Shown here: positions 37,853-49,700 of the stretch, piece by piece | Layout: the number at the start of each line of letters is the position of its first letter | How positions within the stretch are numbered: position 1 is the first letter of the stretch | From: Bacteroidia bacterium | GTDB taxonomy: Bacteria; Bacteroidota; Bacteroidia; Palsa-965 | Direction: 5' to 3' | Assembly (NCBI GenBank): GCA_025454955.1 | Contig: JALONL010000003.1 | Coordinates: forward strand, 271,426-335,425 | Length of the DNA: 64,000 nt | Program-made: the position numbers and the translations under genes | Notes under the pieces: generated by a model | What the model was told of the DNA's origin: nothing | Database searches by the model: none | What the model saw: the letters and a program-made list of their open reading frames with translations, nothing else

Positions 37853-39163
37853 TTATCTCTCCAAAGCCCCATTTAATACACTTCCAAACCGCCACACATC
37901 CTCAAACGAGTTATACAGCGGCACCGGCGCAGTACGTATTACATTGGGCTCGCGCCAGTCGGCAATTACGCCTTTGGCGGTGAGTGCGTCAAAGAGTTTT
38001 CGTCCGTAGCCGTGTGCTACAATGCTTAGCTGGCATCCGCGTTCGGCTTTGTTTCGCGGGGTGATTATTTCGAGGCAGTTGCCGTGTGCGGCGCTCACCG
38101 TGTCGATGATAAATTCGAGGTAGCCGGTGAGTTTTTCGCTTTTGGCGCAGAGTGCGGGCATTCCGGCGCGGGCAAAAATTTCGAGCGAGGCTTTGTGTGC
38201 GGCCATCGAAAGCACGGGGGCATTGCTCAGTTGCCAGCCTTCGGCACCGGGAATGGGCACAAAGCCTTTTTCCATTTTAAACCGTACGGTTTTGTCGTGG
38301 CCCCACCAGCCCGCCAGCCTGGGCAGGTTGCTGTGGGCGTGGCGTTCGTGTACAAATGCACCGGCCACGCTGCCGGGGCCGCTGTTGAGGTATTTGTAGC
38401 TGCACCAGGCGGCAAAGTCCACATTCCATTCGTGCAGTTTAAGCTGTACGTTGCCTGCGGCGTGCGCAAGATCCCAGCCGGCAAAAGCACCCACGCGGTG
38501 TGCGGCGGCGGTAATGGCAGCCATGTCGAAAAGCTGACCGCTGTAATAGTTTACACCGCCTATCATTACCAGCGCCAGCGAGTCACCGGCATTTTCGATG
38601 GCGGCAATTACGTCTTCGGTACGTATGGTATGTTCGCCCGCCCGCGGGGCAACTTCAATTATGGCTTCTTCGGGCTCGTATCCGTGCCATTTTACCTGTG
38701 TTTCGAGGGCGTATTGGTCTGACGGAAAAGCCTTTTGCTCGCACACAATTTTGTAGCGCAGTCCGCGCGGGCGGTAAAACGAGGCCATCAGGAAGTGCAG
38801 GTTCGAAGTGAGCTGGTTCATCACCACCACCTCAATGGGTTTTGCGCCCACCAAAGCAGCTGCATTTTCGGTAAGCAATTCGTGGTACGAAAACCAGGGA
38901 TTGCGGGCCTCAAAATGGCCTTCCACACCAAATTTTGCCCAGTCGTCGAGTTCCTGCAAAATGGCATCGCGCGTAGTACGCGGCTGCAGCCCGAGCGAAT
39001 TGCCGGTAAAATAAACCGTATCGCGTCCGTCGTGCTGCGGAATGAGAAATTGCTGACGGAACTCTTTCAGCGGATCGGCCGCATCCAATTGCTGCGCAAA
39101 GGCAAGCGTGTTTTCGTAATTCATAGCTAAAGTAAGAGGCGTAAAAATACGCATGTCTGGCAC
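37853..39163 (-). CDS. kynU: Kynureninase
   Basis: The PLP-lysine region [11 protein letters not shown] and the N-terminus ...[23 protein letters not shown] are characteristic of KynU. Confidence 0.9.
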   Translation of the reverse strand: MPDMRIFTPLTLAMNYENTLAFAQQLDAADPLKEFRQQFLIPQHDGRDTVYFTGNSLGLQPRTTRDAILQELDDWAKFGVEGHFEARNPWFSYHELLTENAAALVGAKPIEVVVMNQLTSNLHFLMASFYRPRGLRYKIVCEQKAFPSDQYALETQVKWHGYEPEEAIIEVAPRAGEHTIRTEDVIAAIENAGDSLALVMIGGVNYYSGQLFDMAAITAAAHRVGAFAGWDLAHAAGNVQLKLHEWNVDFAAWCSYKYLNSGPGSVAGAFVHERHAHSNLPRLAGWWGHDKTVRFKMEKGFVPIPGAEGWQLSNAPVLSMAAHKASLEIFARAGMPALCAKSEKLTGYLEFIIDTVSAAHGNCLEIITPRNKAERGCQLSIVAHGYGRKLFDALTAKGVIADWREPNVIRTAPVPLYNSFEDVWRFGSVLNGALER

Positions 39164-39195
39164 TTACACGCTGACCTTTGTCATGTACCCTCACT

Positions 39196-39232
39196 AAAAA
39201 AAAACAGCGGCCCCGCCGGGAGCCGCTGTTTT
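39196..39232 (-). terminator. Rho-independent terminator for the 39255-39923 gene
   Basis: The minus strand reads aacagcggc-tcccggcggg-gccgctgtt followed by TTTTTTTTT. Confidence 0.75.
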
Positions 39233-39254
39233 CCACAACAACAAGGTATTTGAA

Positions 39255-39923
39255 TTAATTCACTACCTGGAAATTCTTGTTCACTGCGCGGTATTTTATT
39301 GTCATTACCCCGCCCGCATCGGGTTTTTGCACAGGTGTGGTAATGGTGAATCTGTCCATTAATCCCACATAAGCACCCAGCGCAGTATTTTGCAGCGAAC
39401 TGGCTTGTACTTTAATGGAATCTTCGCCGGGAGTGGTTTCGGTGTAGGAATTAAAAGCCACGCCTAGGTAAATGGTTTCGCCCGCGCTCACCGTAGTGCC
39501 CACCCAGGGGAAACGTGTATCCTGCGATTTTGAAATGTCAATCACCGAAGGAGTGGCAGGAAAATCAACCGCTTCGAGCGTGTCTGTGGTGTTGGTATAA
39601 AGAGTACCGTCGCCGTTTTTATATACGAATGTTCCTGCAGGTACAAGGCCGGTGTAAATTTTTTCATACACTCCGGTAGTGGCATTGTGCAGGAGAAGAT
39701 CGCCGTTGAATTTCACTTCCGATGGCGCCGAAAGTTCGAGCGAAGTGCCGGTGGCATTTCCAAAAGTGAAATAGGCCTTGGCATAAGTTTTATTCTCATT
39801 CTTATCGTAAAACAATTCGTAATGAGTATAAATGCGGGTTTGATCCACACTGCTCGATTCTTCCTGCTGGCAGGAACCCATCAGCATCATTACGGCTAAA
39901 ATGCCGGGCAATAACTTTTTCAT
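39255..39923 (-). CDS. Hypothetical lipoprotein
   Basis: Signal peptide with lipobox MKKLLPGILAVMMLMGSCQQ. No family was recognised. Confidence 0.5.
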   Translation of the reverse strand: MKKLLPGILAVMMLMGSCQQEESSSVDQTRIYTHYELFYDKNENKTYAKAYFTFGNATGTSLELSAPSEVKFNGDLLLHNATTGVYEKIYTGLVPAGTFVYKNGDGTLYTNTTDTLEAVDFPATPSVIDISKSQDTRFPWVGTTVSAGETIYLGVAFNSYTETTPGEDSIKVQASSLQNTALGAYVGLMDRFTITTPVQKPDAGGVMTIKYRAVNKNFQVVN

Positions 39924-40147
39924 GATTTAAGGTTTTGGTGATAACTGCTGTATGCCGAAACTATGCCAGTTTAGATACAAATACAAAACAAATGCACAAA
40001 CAGCATTTTGCTTGAACGAACGACAGGCTGAATACCCATGCGAATTTGTTTAAACCGTGGCAGGGGCAGAGAGTGAAGGTTAAACAATACCTTGCCCGTT
40101 GGTTTGCCAGACGCTTTTTTTCGAAGATGTACTTACCTTTGCTGCCT

Positions 40148-41446
40148 ATGAATACAACGCGCTCACAGGAACTTTTCGAAACTGCAAAAAAATATTTCCC
40201 GGGCGGAGTAAATTCTCCCGTTCGTGCTTTTCGTTCGGTTGGCGGTACTCCGCTTTTTATCCGTAAAGGAAAAGGATCGCGCATCTGGGATGCCGACGGG
40301 AATGAGTTTATTGATTACTGCTGTTCGTGGGGGCCGCTTATTTTGGGTCATGCCAATGATGGCGTGGTAAAAGCCGTTCAGGAAACCGTGGCCGAAGGAA
40401 GTTCTTTTGGTGCTCCCACCGAACTCGAAAACCAACTGGCCGATCTTATTCTCTCTTTCAATTCCTACATTGAAAAAATCCGTTTTGTAAGTTCCGGTAC
40501 CGAAGCCGTAATGAGCGCCATTCGCCTTGCGCGTGGCTACACGGGCCGCACCAAAATACTCAAGTTCGAAGGCTGCTATCATGGTCACAGCGATTCGCTG
40601 CTGGTAAAAGCCGGCTCGGGGCTGGTTACGTTTGGCAATACTTCATCGGCCGGTGTGCCCGAGGCGTTTGTGAATGAAACCATTGTGGTGCCGCTAAACA
40701 ATACAAATGCCGTGCGCGAGGCTTTTGCGCAGTTCGGAAACGAAATTGCGGCAGTAATTATTGAACCTGTTCCGGCCAATAACGGATTGCTGCTTCAGGA
40801 AAAAAGCTACCTCGAATTTCTGCGCGTGATTACCAAAGAACATGGCAGCCTTCTCATTTTCGACGAAGTAATTTCGGGCTTTCGCGTATGTTTTTGCGGT
40901 GCCGCCGGTTACTACTCCATACAGCCCGATATTATTACTTACGGTAAAATTATCGGTGGTGGTCTGCCTGTGGGAGCCTACGGTGCAAGCCGCGAAATTA
41001 TGAGCCGCATTTCGCCCGAAGGCGATGTGTATCAGGCCGGCACGCTCTCCGGCAATCCGGTGGCCATGAGTGCCGGACTGGCACAGCTTTCGGCCTGTCT
41101 GGCTCCGGGGTTTTATCAGGAGCAGGAAGCAAAAACACAGCGGCTTGTAAACGGTATCCGTGCGCACATTGCCGCCAAAGGTTATACCGCAAAGCTCTGG
41201 CACATTGGTTCCATTTTCTGGATTGCGTTTACTAATCTGGAGTATATCCGCACTGCCGAAGAAATAGACCCGCAAAGCATGACCATTTTCCGCAAAATGT
41301 ACCATGCGCTGCTTGAACGCGGTATTTACCTCGGGCCGTCGGGCTATGAGGTAGGCTTTGTATCAGCCGCCCACAGCAACGAAGATATTGACCGCACCAT
41401 TACCGCCTTTGCCCAGGCATTGGATGAGGCTTTTGTCACCACATAA
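40148..41446 (+). CDS. hemL: Glutamate-1-semialdehyde 2,1-aminomutase
   Basis: YFPGGVNSPVRAF near the N-terminus and the class III aminotransferase motif FDEVISGFR. The ORF opens at 40046, but the canonical start is MNTTRSQELFETAKKYFPGG at 40148. Confidence 0.95.
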   Translation: MNTTRSQELFETAKKYFPGGVNSPVRAFRSVGGTPLFIRKGKGSRIWDADGNEFIDYCCSWGPLILGHANDGVVKAVQETVAEGSSFGAPTELENQLADLILSFNSYIEKIRFVSSGTEAVMSAIRLARGYTGRTKILKFEGCYHGHSDSLLVKAGSGLVTFGNTSSAGVPEAFVNETIVVPLNNTNAVREAFAQFGNEIAAVIIEPVPANNGLLLQEKSYLEFLRVITKEHGSLLIFDEVISGFRVCFCGAAGYYSIQPDIITYGKIIGGGLPVGAYGASREIMSRISPEGDVYQAGTLSGNPVAMSAGLAQLSACLAPGFYQEQEAKTQRLVNGIRAHIAAKGYTAKLWHIGSIFWIAFTNLEYIRTAEEIDPQSMTIFRKMYHALLERGIYLGPSGYEVGFVSAAHSNEDIDRTITAFAQALDEAFVTT

Positions 41447-42407
41447 ATTTGTAAGTCAGATACACGGCTGCCCACACCAGCAGCAAAGTGCCATCGGTTA
41501 AGAGCGAGAAATAATACTCGTGTCTCCGCGGTGTGGCTTTGCTTACCACAATGGCGGTGGGAATACATGCTGCACCAAAAGCAAGCAGGCCCCAGGTAAA
41601 TTGGTTTTGCGGAAATGCAAAATACACGCAGGCCGCCGCAATGAGCAAAAGCACAATTACCGCCACCCTCAGCGAACGTTTAATGCCCAGCAACACCGGC
41701 AGCGATTTTACGGTAGCACCGTCAATCAGGAAATCGCGTACATCAAACGGTACGGTAATGGCAAAGGCAAAAGCCGTATAAATAGAAAAAATAAGTGCCG
41801 AATAGTTTTTCAACGGCATATAATCAAGTTGTTCAGGCCATCCTGTAAAACACTCTAAGTCCTGTAAACCGCACAGCGGCCACATGCCGCACACTACGGC
41901 CCACACCAGCGCAATGAGAAAGATTTTTACACCCGGCAAATCGCGCAAACGTTTCCACCGCCCGCGGCCGGGAATCAATGGCAACGCATAAGCCACCGCA
42001 ATAAAACTGGCCGAAATGCACCAGCCGTAAAATTCCCTCGTGGCATCAGTAATTTCAAAGCGATAGCCGCCCGCCCCGGCATCGTGTACAAAAGCCCGCG
42101 AAATAAAAATTATACCGCCTGCAATCAATGCAGCCAGCATGAGCACAGTCATGAGCAGGCGGTTTTGCTTTATCCATTCATGCCGCACGGTATGCTGCCG
42201 TTCTATTTTGCTGAGTTTCCACGAGGCATATACGCGCTGCACATTGTAGAGGCAGAATGTGGCACAAAAACTAAACAGGGCCAGCCAGCTTTCTACACGA
42301 AATCCCATTATCATACACGTCACATCGCTCCATGCCGCAGCACAGAGCGACACATGAAAATTGCCGTACACATAGAAAGCTAATGCGGCTTTCAGTAAAC
42401 GGCCCAT
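41436..42407 (-). CDS. Hypothetical polytopic membrane protein
   Basis: Eight or more hydrophobic segments. The ORF extends to 42461, but a start at the M at 42407 (MGRLLKAALAFYVYG) avoids overlap with the upstream gene. Its 3' end overlaps the 3' end of hemL by 11 bp (convergent). Confidence 0.45.
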   Translation of the reverse strand: MGRLLKAALAFYVYGNFHVSLCAAAWSDVTCMIMGFRVESWLALFSFCATFCLYNVQRVYASWKLSKIERQHTVRHEWIKQNRLLMTVLMLAALIAGGIIFISRAFVHDAGAGGYRFEITDATREFYGWCISASFIAVAYALPLIPGRGRWKRLRDLPGVKIFLIALVWAVVCGMWPLCGLQDLECFTGWPEQLDYMPLKNYSALIFSIYTAFAFAITVPFDVRDFLIDGATVKSLPVLLGIKRSLRVAVIVLLLIAAACVYFAFPQNQFTWGLLAFGAACIPTAIVVSKATPRRHEYYFSLLTDGTLLLVWAAVYLTYKFMW

Positions 42408-42417
42408 GCGTATGCTT

Positions 42418-43044
42418 TTAGTTATTGTTGATAATGGAAGAGGCAATGAATCCCGCCGCAAAGCCTATGCCTCCGGCCGTGAGCGTACGCAATGCCCTGC
42501 GCTGCCGGGCGTACTTTTCGTAACCAAGCAGGTAGGTGTCGTATTTCAGATTCTGAGGATGTGAAACAGTGCCGGGACGAATTGGAATACGGAATACCAC
42601 CGAAAACCCGCTGTACAAAAACGGAGGCCCGAGTGCCCACATTTGTCGCGAATACCCGCAGGCTGCGCCAAGCACAAATGCCCCGGCTGTCCAGCCCGGG
42701 CAACGATAATAACGCCGCGCATCACGTTCGCCCTGAAGAAAATAACGGACTTCCTGAGGTGTATAATAATTCCCAAACAACGTATCCTGCTTATAAAAAA
42801 TTACTTCCTGCCCGCTTTGTCCGTATTTCACTGAAAACACAAGCTCCTGATCGATAAAGTCGGCTTTGAAATTGCCCTTTTTCGGCACAAGCATTCTCAC
42901 CTGTTGCGATGCAGTGTCTTTCACATAACCCGTTACAATTTTACCACTCATCAGGTAAACCGTATCCATAGGTTGGGCAGCTTGCTGCGCATAAGCAACA
43001 GCACCAGCCAGTAGTGCAAAGAGAAAACAGCAGAAATAACGCAT
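42418..43044 (-). CDS. Hypothetical secreted protein
   Basis: The likely start is MRYFCCFLFALLAGAVAYAQQ (a signal peptide) at 43044. The ORF track extends it to 43119. Confidence 0.4.
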   Translation of the reverse strand: MRYFCCFLFALLAGAVAYAQQAAQPMDTVYLMSGKIVTGYVKDTASQQVRMLVPKKGNFKADFIDQELVFSVKYGQSGQEVIFYKQDTLFGNYYTPQEVRYFLQGERDARRYYRCPGWTAGAFVLGAACGYSRQMWALGPPFLYSGFSVVFRIPIRPGTVSHPQNLKYDTYLLGYEKYARQRRALRTLTAGGIGFAAGFIASSIINNN

Positions 43045-43789
43045 GTGGTTTTTTGAATTGTCTTCCCAAAGATAATTGAAATAGCTTGTAACAGACTTTC
43101 CTTCTGATCCAAGTTCCATTCATTGGTATTTCAGGGGCTGTCTGTCAATTTTGTGCTTAGCGTCTTGAAAACAGGGCGATAAGTGCAGAAAGCATAGAAA
43201 TAGTTTTGTGATCCGATAATCAACTGAATGGCCCGGGAAGTGCCAGTCTTTTCAAAAAAATGAAACAAACACGTAGAGAGAAGCAGAAATGTAAACGTTA
43301 ATGATTCTGTTCTGGTTTACCGGCTTCATTTGTTTATTTTCTCAAATCAGTCGCCTGAAAAATATTTTAAACAATAAAAATAATTCTATTTAATATATTT
43401 TGAAATATCAAAAAAACAATGGTCTTGTCAAGAAAACAAGGCGGAGATGTTAAGGGAAAGAAAAATGCATTTAAGCATGGTGGAAAACACTGATATTTAT
43501 ATGCAAATGATGCTTTTTCAAAGACAGATTAATGAAAAATACCGATGAATGATATGTGGATCAAGTGTTTTACCATTTATTCAATAATAATCACTTTTTC
43601 TTCAACTATCAGATATTCAGTTATTTAACGCGATTTAGCAGCTAATCCATTGCTTTGAAACTCAATATCTCCTTTCTTTGCAGCTAACAAACCGCCTTTA
43701 TAAATCCCTACATGCCTCTCCCGAACAATTACAAAGAGGATTAGTTGTTATCAAATATTTGATGACTGCTTATCTCATTTGGGTATTCA

Positions 43790-46700
43790 GTGGTGGTAAA
43801 AGAAACATCAAATTTTTACGATATGCTCCACTTTACGAAGCAAATGTTGACTGCGTCATTGCTTTTGCTGGGTAATGTTTTGTTTGCCCAGAATTTCAGC
43901 AGTGAGCCCCAGGCCAGATTTGAAGAAAACAAAGGCCAGTGGGATCAGGCAGTACTTTACCGGACAGAGTTGAATAATGGTTTTATCTACCACGAACGTG
44001 GCGGATATACCGTGCATTTCAGCAACCTGTCTGATGCTTACGAGCAATTTCACCATAGTGGTGATGATGCGGCTGATGTACAGATCAAAAACGACGTAAT
44101 GAAAGTGTCGTTTGTAGGCGCGTCATCGCTCACACAAACCCGTGCAGCTGGCCGTAACCCTGTGTCGCGCTCTTACTTTACCAACAACAAGCTGATTAAT
44201 CAGACTTCAGATGTGGGTACGTTTAACGAGCTCAGCTACGAGCAGTTGTATCCGGGCATATCGCTTACCTATCGCTCGTACCGCGATATTATTAAGTACG
44301 ATTATCTTATTGCACCCGGTGCCGATGCTTCGTTAATACGGCTTGAGTACAAAGGAGCCACTAAGCAGGAAATAGACAGCGAAGGAAACCTCATTACTTA
44401 CAACTCGCTGGGCACAATTAAGGAATATGCACCTGTGGCATATCAGGAAATGCCCACAGGCCGTGTTGATGTGGCTGTGCAGTTCGTGATTCAGAACGGG
44501 CAGGTTTCGTATTATTTCCCCAATGGGTATGATACCAATTACCCGCTGGTTATCGACCCCTTTCTTGCTGCTTCTACCTATTCGGGCTCGGTGGCCGATA
44601 ACTGGGGCTTTACTGCCTGTCCCGGACCTAATGGTGTGATGTGTATGGCCGGTGTGGCTTTCGCAGCTGGCTATCCCACCACAGTGGGAGCTTTCCAAAC
44701 CACATTTGCCGGTGCCACCGATGTAAGCATCAGTATTTTCAGTGCCAACGGTCAGAACCTTCTCGCTTCAACCTACCTCGGAGGTACTGGTAATGAATAT
44801 CCTCACTCCATCATTGCAGCAGCCAACGGCGATCTTTATGTACTTGGCCGCACCGAATCAAACAACTTCCCTACCACAGTAGGTTGTTTCGACAACTCAT
44901 TCAACGGTGGTACCACCGATATTTTCGTTGCCCGTTTAAACAGTTCACTTACCACACTTATTGCTTCTACTTATGTGGGTGGTAATGGTCTCGATGGTAC
45001 CAACGTGGTAAACAGTTTCACTGGTACCACACAAACCCGCTTCTCTTATGCCGATAACGGCCGCGGCCAGATCCGTCTCGATGGTTCGGGCAATGTGTGC
45101 GTGGCTTCCTGTACACAGTCTTCAGACTTTCCCACCACAGCAGGCGCGTTTGATATTACGCTGAGCGGCACGCAGGATGGGGTGGTGTTTAAAATGAATA
45201 ACACACTCACTACACAGGTGTACAGCACACTTGTAGGTGGAGCAGCCTTCGATGCCTGTTTCAGTTTACAGATAGGTACAGGTAATACATTATTCGTAGC
45301 CGGTCTTACAAACAGTGCCGACTTTCCGACTACGGCCGGAACCCTGCATACCACGGCCAGAGGCGGTGTGGATGGTTTCGTGTTTCAGATTAACTCCACC
45401 GGTACTGCGTTAACTGCTTCTACCTATCTCGGCACCACAAACAAAGACGGTGTATTTAACGTGGATGTAAATACTTCGGGTGTGTATGTGTATGGATTAA
45501 GTACCGGCGGTACATATCCTGTAACTCCCGGAACGTACTCCAATGCCAACAGCAGCCAGTTCATTCACGGTCTTGATCTTACGCTTACCACCACACTGTT
45601 TTCTACGGTTTTTGGAAACGGCGTTACTCCCAACCTTTCGCCCACCGCTTTTGAAGTTGATACCTGTCTTAAAATTTATGCGGCAGGCTGGGGGCGTTGT
45701 TTCGATGGTGGTACAAACATTGGCATGCCCACCACAGTAGGAGCATTTCAGACCACCACCGATAATTGCGACTTTTATTTTATAGTGCTTGAGCCTAATG
45801 CGGCATCGCTCCGCTATGGTACTTATTTTGGCCAGAATGGCGGAACTGCCGACCACGTAGATGGTGGCACCAGTTTGTTCAGTAACAACAGTACTGAATC
45901 AGGCGTGGTGTATCAGGCTGTTTGCGCCTCGTGCGGTGCAGCTACCAATGGCTTCCCGGTAACGCCAAGTGCATATTCGCCGGTTGACGGAAGCACGAAC
46001 TGTAACAATGCCGTTTTCAAATTCGATCTTGAAACATACTCGCCCGGTGCTGCGGCCATTGCATCCTCAGGCAATGGTTGTGTAGGTGCGCCCATTGCAT
46101 TTACCAACAACAGTACCAACGCCAACACTTACCTCTGGGACTTTGGCGATGCCAGCACCAGCACACTTACCAATCCTTCGCATACCTACGCTGCGGCGGG
46201 TACCTATACGGTAACGCTGGTTGCCTACAACAGCACAACCTGTATTCTTTCCGATACGGCCACCACTGTGGTAACCATTACACAGCCTTCGGTAAGCGTA
46301 TCGGTTACTTCGGGTACAAACCCTACCTGTAACGGAAGTTCGGTAACACTTACCGCTGCCGGTGCAGATACCTATACCTGGAATCCGGGGGCGCTTACCG
46401 GCACATCTGTAGTTGTATCGCCTGCCACGACCACTACCTATACGGTTATTGGCACCACCACTGCAACCGGTTGTACCGATACGGCTACCATAACAATTAC
46501 AGTAAACCCGATTCCGGCCACACCCACACCCGGCAGCAACAGCCCGGTTTGTACAGGAAATACCCTGAACCTCACCACAGCCGCAGTGGCAGGTGCCACG
46601 TATAGCTGGACCGGTCCGGGCGGCTTCACCTCGTCGCTCCAAAACCCCACGCGCCCCACAGCCACACTGGCTATGGCAGGCACATACAGTGTAACGGTTA

Positions 46701-49700
46701 CAGTGGCAGGATGTACCTCGGCTGCAGGAACTACGGCAGTAACCATAAACAGTACTCCCGCCACACCCACGGCCGGCAGTAACAGTCCGGTTTGTACAGG
46801 TAATACTATTAACCTGAGTACACCAACTGTAGCCGGAGCTACTTATTCATGGACAGGCCCCTCGGCTTTCTCGTCTTCATTACAGAACCCCACCCGTCCT
46901 TCGGCCACAGTGGCTATGGCCGGTACGTACAGTGTAACTGTTACGGTGGGCGGATGTACTTCAGCAGCAGGAACCACAGCAGTAGTGGTAAACGCTACAC
47001 CCGCTGCACCTACAGCCAGCAGCAACAGCCCGGTTTGCACAGGCAACACCATTAACCTGAGCACACCCACCGTGGCCGGTGCCACTTATGCCTGGACAGG
47101 CCCCTCGGCCTTCTCCTCTTCATTGCAGAATCCTACCCGTCCGTCGGCCACGGTGGCCATGGCAGGCACATACAGCGTTACTGTAACCTTTGGCGGATGT
47201 ACTTCGGCCGCCGGAACCACTGCGGTAACCATAAACACCACCCCCGCCACACCCACCGCCGGCAGCAACAGCCCGGTTTGTACGGGTAATACACTTAACC
47301 TTACCACTCCGCTTGTAGCCGGTGCCACATACTCCTGGACCGGCCCCAACAGCTTCATCTCCTCAGTACAAAACCCGAGCATTACCGGTGTAACTGCCGC
47401 TGCGGCGGGTACTTACAGCGTAACGGTAACAGTGGGCGGCTGTACTTCGGCAGCAGGCACTGTGGCAGTGGTGGTAAACACTACTCCCGCCACACCCACC
47501 GCCAGCAGCAACAGCCCGGTTTGTACAGGCAACACCATTAACCTGAGTACACCCACTGTAGCTGGTGCTACTTATGCCTGGACAGGCCCCGCGGCTTTCT
47601 CGTCTTCATTGCAGAATCCCACACGTCCTACAGCCACACTGGCTATGGCCGGCACATACAGCGTAACAGTTACCGTAAGCGGCTGTACCTCTGCCGCCGG
47701 AACTACAGCCGTAGTGGTAAATTCTACACCCGCCACACCCACCGCATCCAGCAACTCGCCGGTGTGTTCGGGCAATACGCTTAACCTTTCCACTCCGCTT
47801 GTGGCTGGCGCCACCTATTCCTGGACAGGTCCCAACAGTTTCACGTCATCATTACAAAACCCCACCATTACCGGTGTAACCACCGCCGCTACCGGAACTT
47901 ACAGTGTAACCATCACAGTAGGCGGTTGTACCTCGGCTGCCGGAACTACCGCAGTAACTATTAATCCCACTCCGGCCACACCCGCACCCACCAGCAACTC
48001 GCCCGTGTGCGTTGGCAACACCATTAACCTTAGCACTGCCACAGTAGCCGGTGCCTCTTATAGCTGGACAGGCCCCGCCGCATTCACCTCGGCTTTGCAA
48101 AATCCCACCCGTGCTTCGGCCACACTGGCCATGGCAGGGACTTACAGCGTAACAGTAACCGTAGGTGGTTGTACTTCGGCCGCCGGAACCACGGTGGTAA
48201 ACGTAGTATCGCTCCCGGCCACACCAACCGCATCCAGCAACTCGCCGGTATGTACAGGCAATACACTTAACCTGAGCACACCCACAGTGGCAGGCGCTAC
48301 TTACGCCTGGACGGGCCCCAACAGTTTCACTTCCTCTGTACAAAACCCAAGCATCACCGGCATAACAACCGCTGCCGCCGGTACCTACAGTGTGACAGTA
48401 ACAGTAGGCGGATGTACTTCGGCCGCCGGAACCACAGTGGTAACCGTAAACACCACACCTGCTGCGCCCACCGCATCCAGCAATTCGCCGGTATGCTCAG
48501 GTAATACGCTTAACCTAAGTACACCTGCTGTGGCCAGCGCCACCTACTCCTGGACAGGTCCCAACAGCTTCACGTCCTCATTACAAAACCCGACAATTAC
48601 CGGTGTAACCACCGCCGCTACCGGCACATACAGTGTAACGGTAACTGTAAGCGGTTGTACCTCGGCTGCCGGAACCACAGCAGTAACCATCAATCCCACC
48701 CCGGCCACACCCGCACCCACCAGCAACTCGCCCGTGTGCCTTGGCAACACCATTAACCTGAGCACAGCCACAGTAGCCGGTGCCACTTATAGCTGGACTG
48801 GCCCTGCTTCGTTTACCTCCACACTGCAAAACCCGACCCGTCCTTCGGCCACACTGGCTATGGCGGGAACTTACAGTGTAACTGTAACCGTAGGTGGTTG
48901 TACTTCGGCCGCCGGAACCACGGTGGTAAACGTAGTATCGCCCCCGGCCACACCCACTGCTTCAAGCAACTCGCCGGTATGTACAGGCAACACACTTAAC
49001 CTGAGCACACCCACAGTGGCAGGCGCTACTTACGCCTGGACAGGCCCCAACAGCTTTACCTCAGCTCTGCAAAACCCAAGCATCACCGGTATAACTGCCG
49101 CTGCTGCCGGTACTTATAGTGTAACGGTAACCGTAGGCGGATGTACTTCGGCCGCCGGAACCACTGTGGTAACCGTAAACAACACACCCGCCACGCCCAC
49201 GGCATCCAGCAACTCGCCGGTATGTTCGGGCAATACACTTAACCTTTCTACTCCCGCAGTGGTAGGTGCCACCTATTCATGGACAGGCCCCAACAGCTTT
49301 ACCTCCACACTGCAGAACCCCACTATTACCGGTGTAACCACCGCCGCTACCGGCACATACAGTGTAACGGTAACCGTAAATGGTTGTACCTCGGCTGCCG
49401 GAACTACCGCGGTAATTATCAATGCAACTCCGGCTGCGCCTACCGCATCCAGCAACACACCGGTATGTTCGGGCAACACCATTAACCTGAGCACACCTAC
49501 AGTTGCAGGCGCTACCTATAGCTGGACGGGTCCCGCTTCGTTCACATCATCACTGCAAAACCCAACCCGTCCTTCGGCTACCGTGGCTATGGCCGGTACT
49601 TACAGTGTAACAGTAACTGTGGCAGGTTGTACATCGGGCATTGGAACCACTGCGGTTGTGGTAAATCCCACACCAGCCACACCCACTGCATCCAGCAACT

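Noticed and set aside
41436-41446. The 11-bp convergent overlap of the hemL 3' end with the membrane-protein gene, as a possible annotation error or fusion
   Set aside because: Both reading frames have independent, well-supported C-termini. Short convergent 3' overlaps are common in compact genomes.
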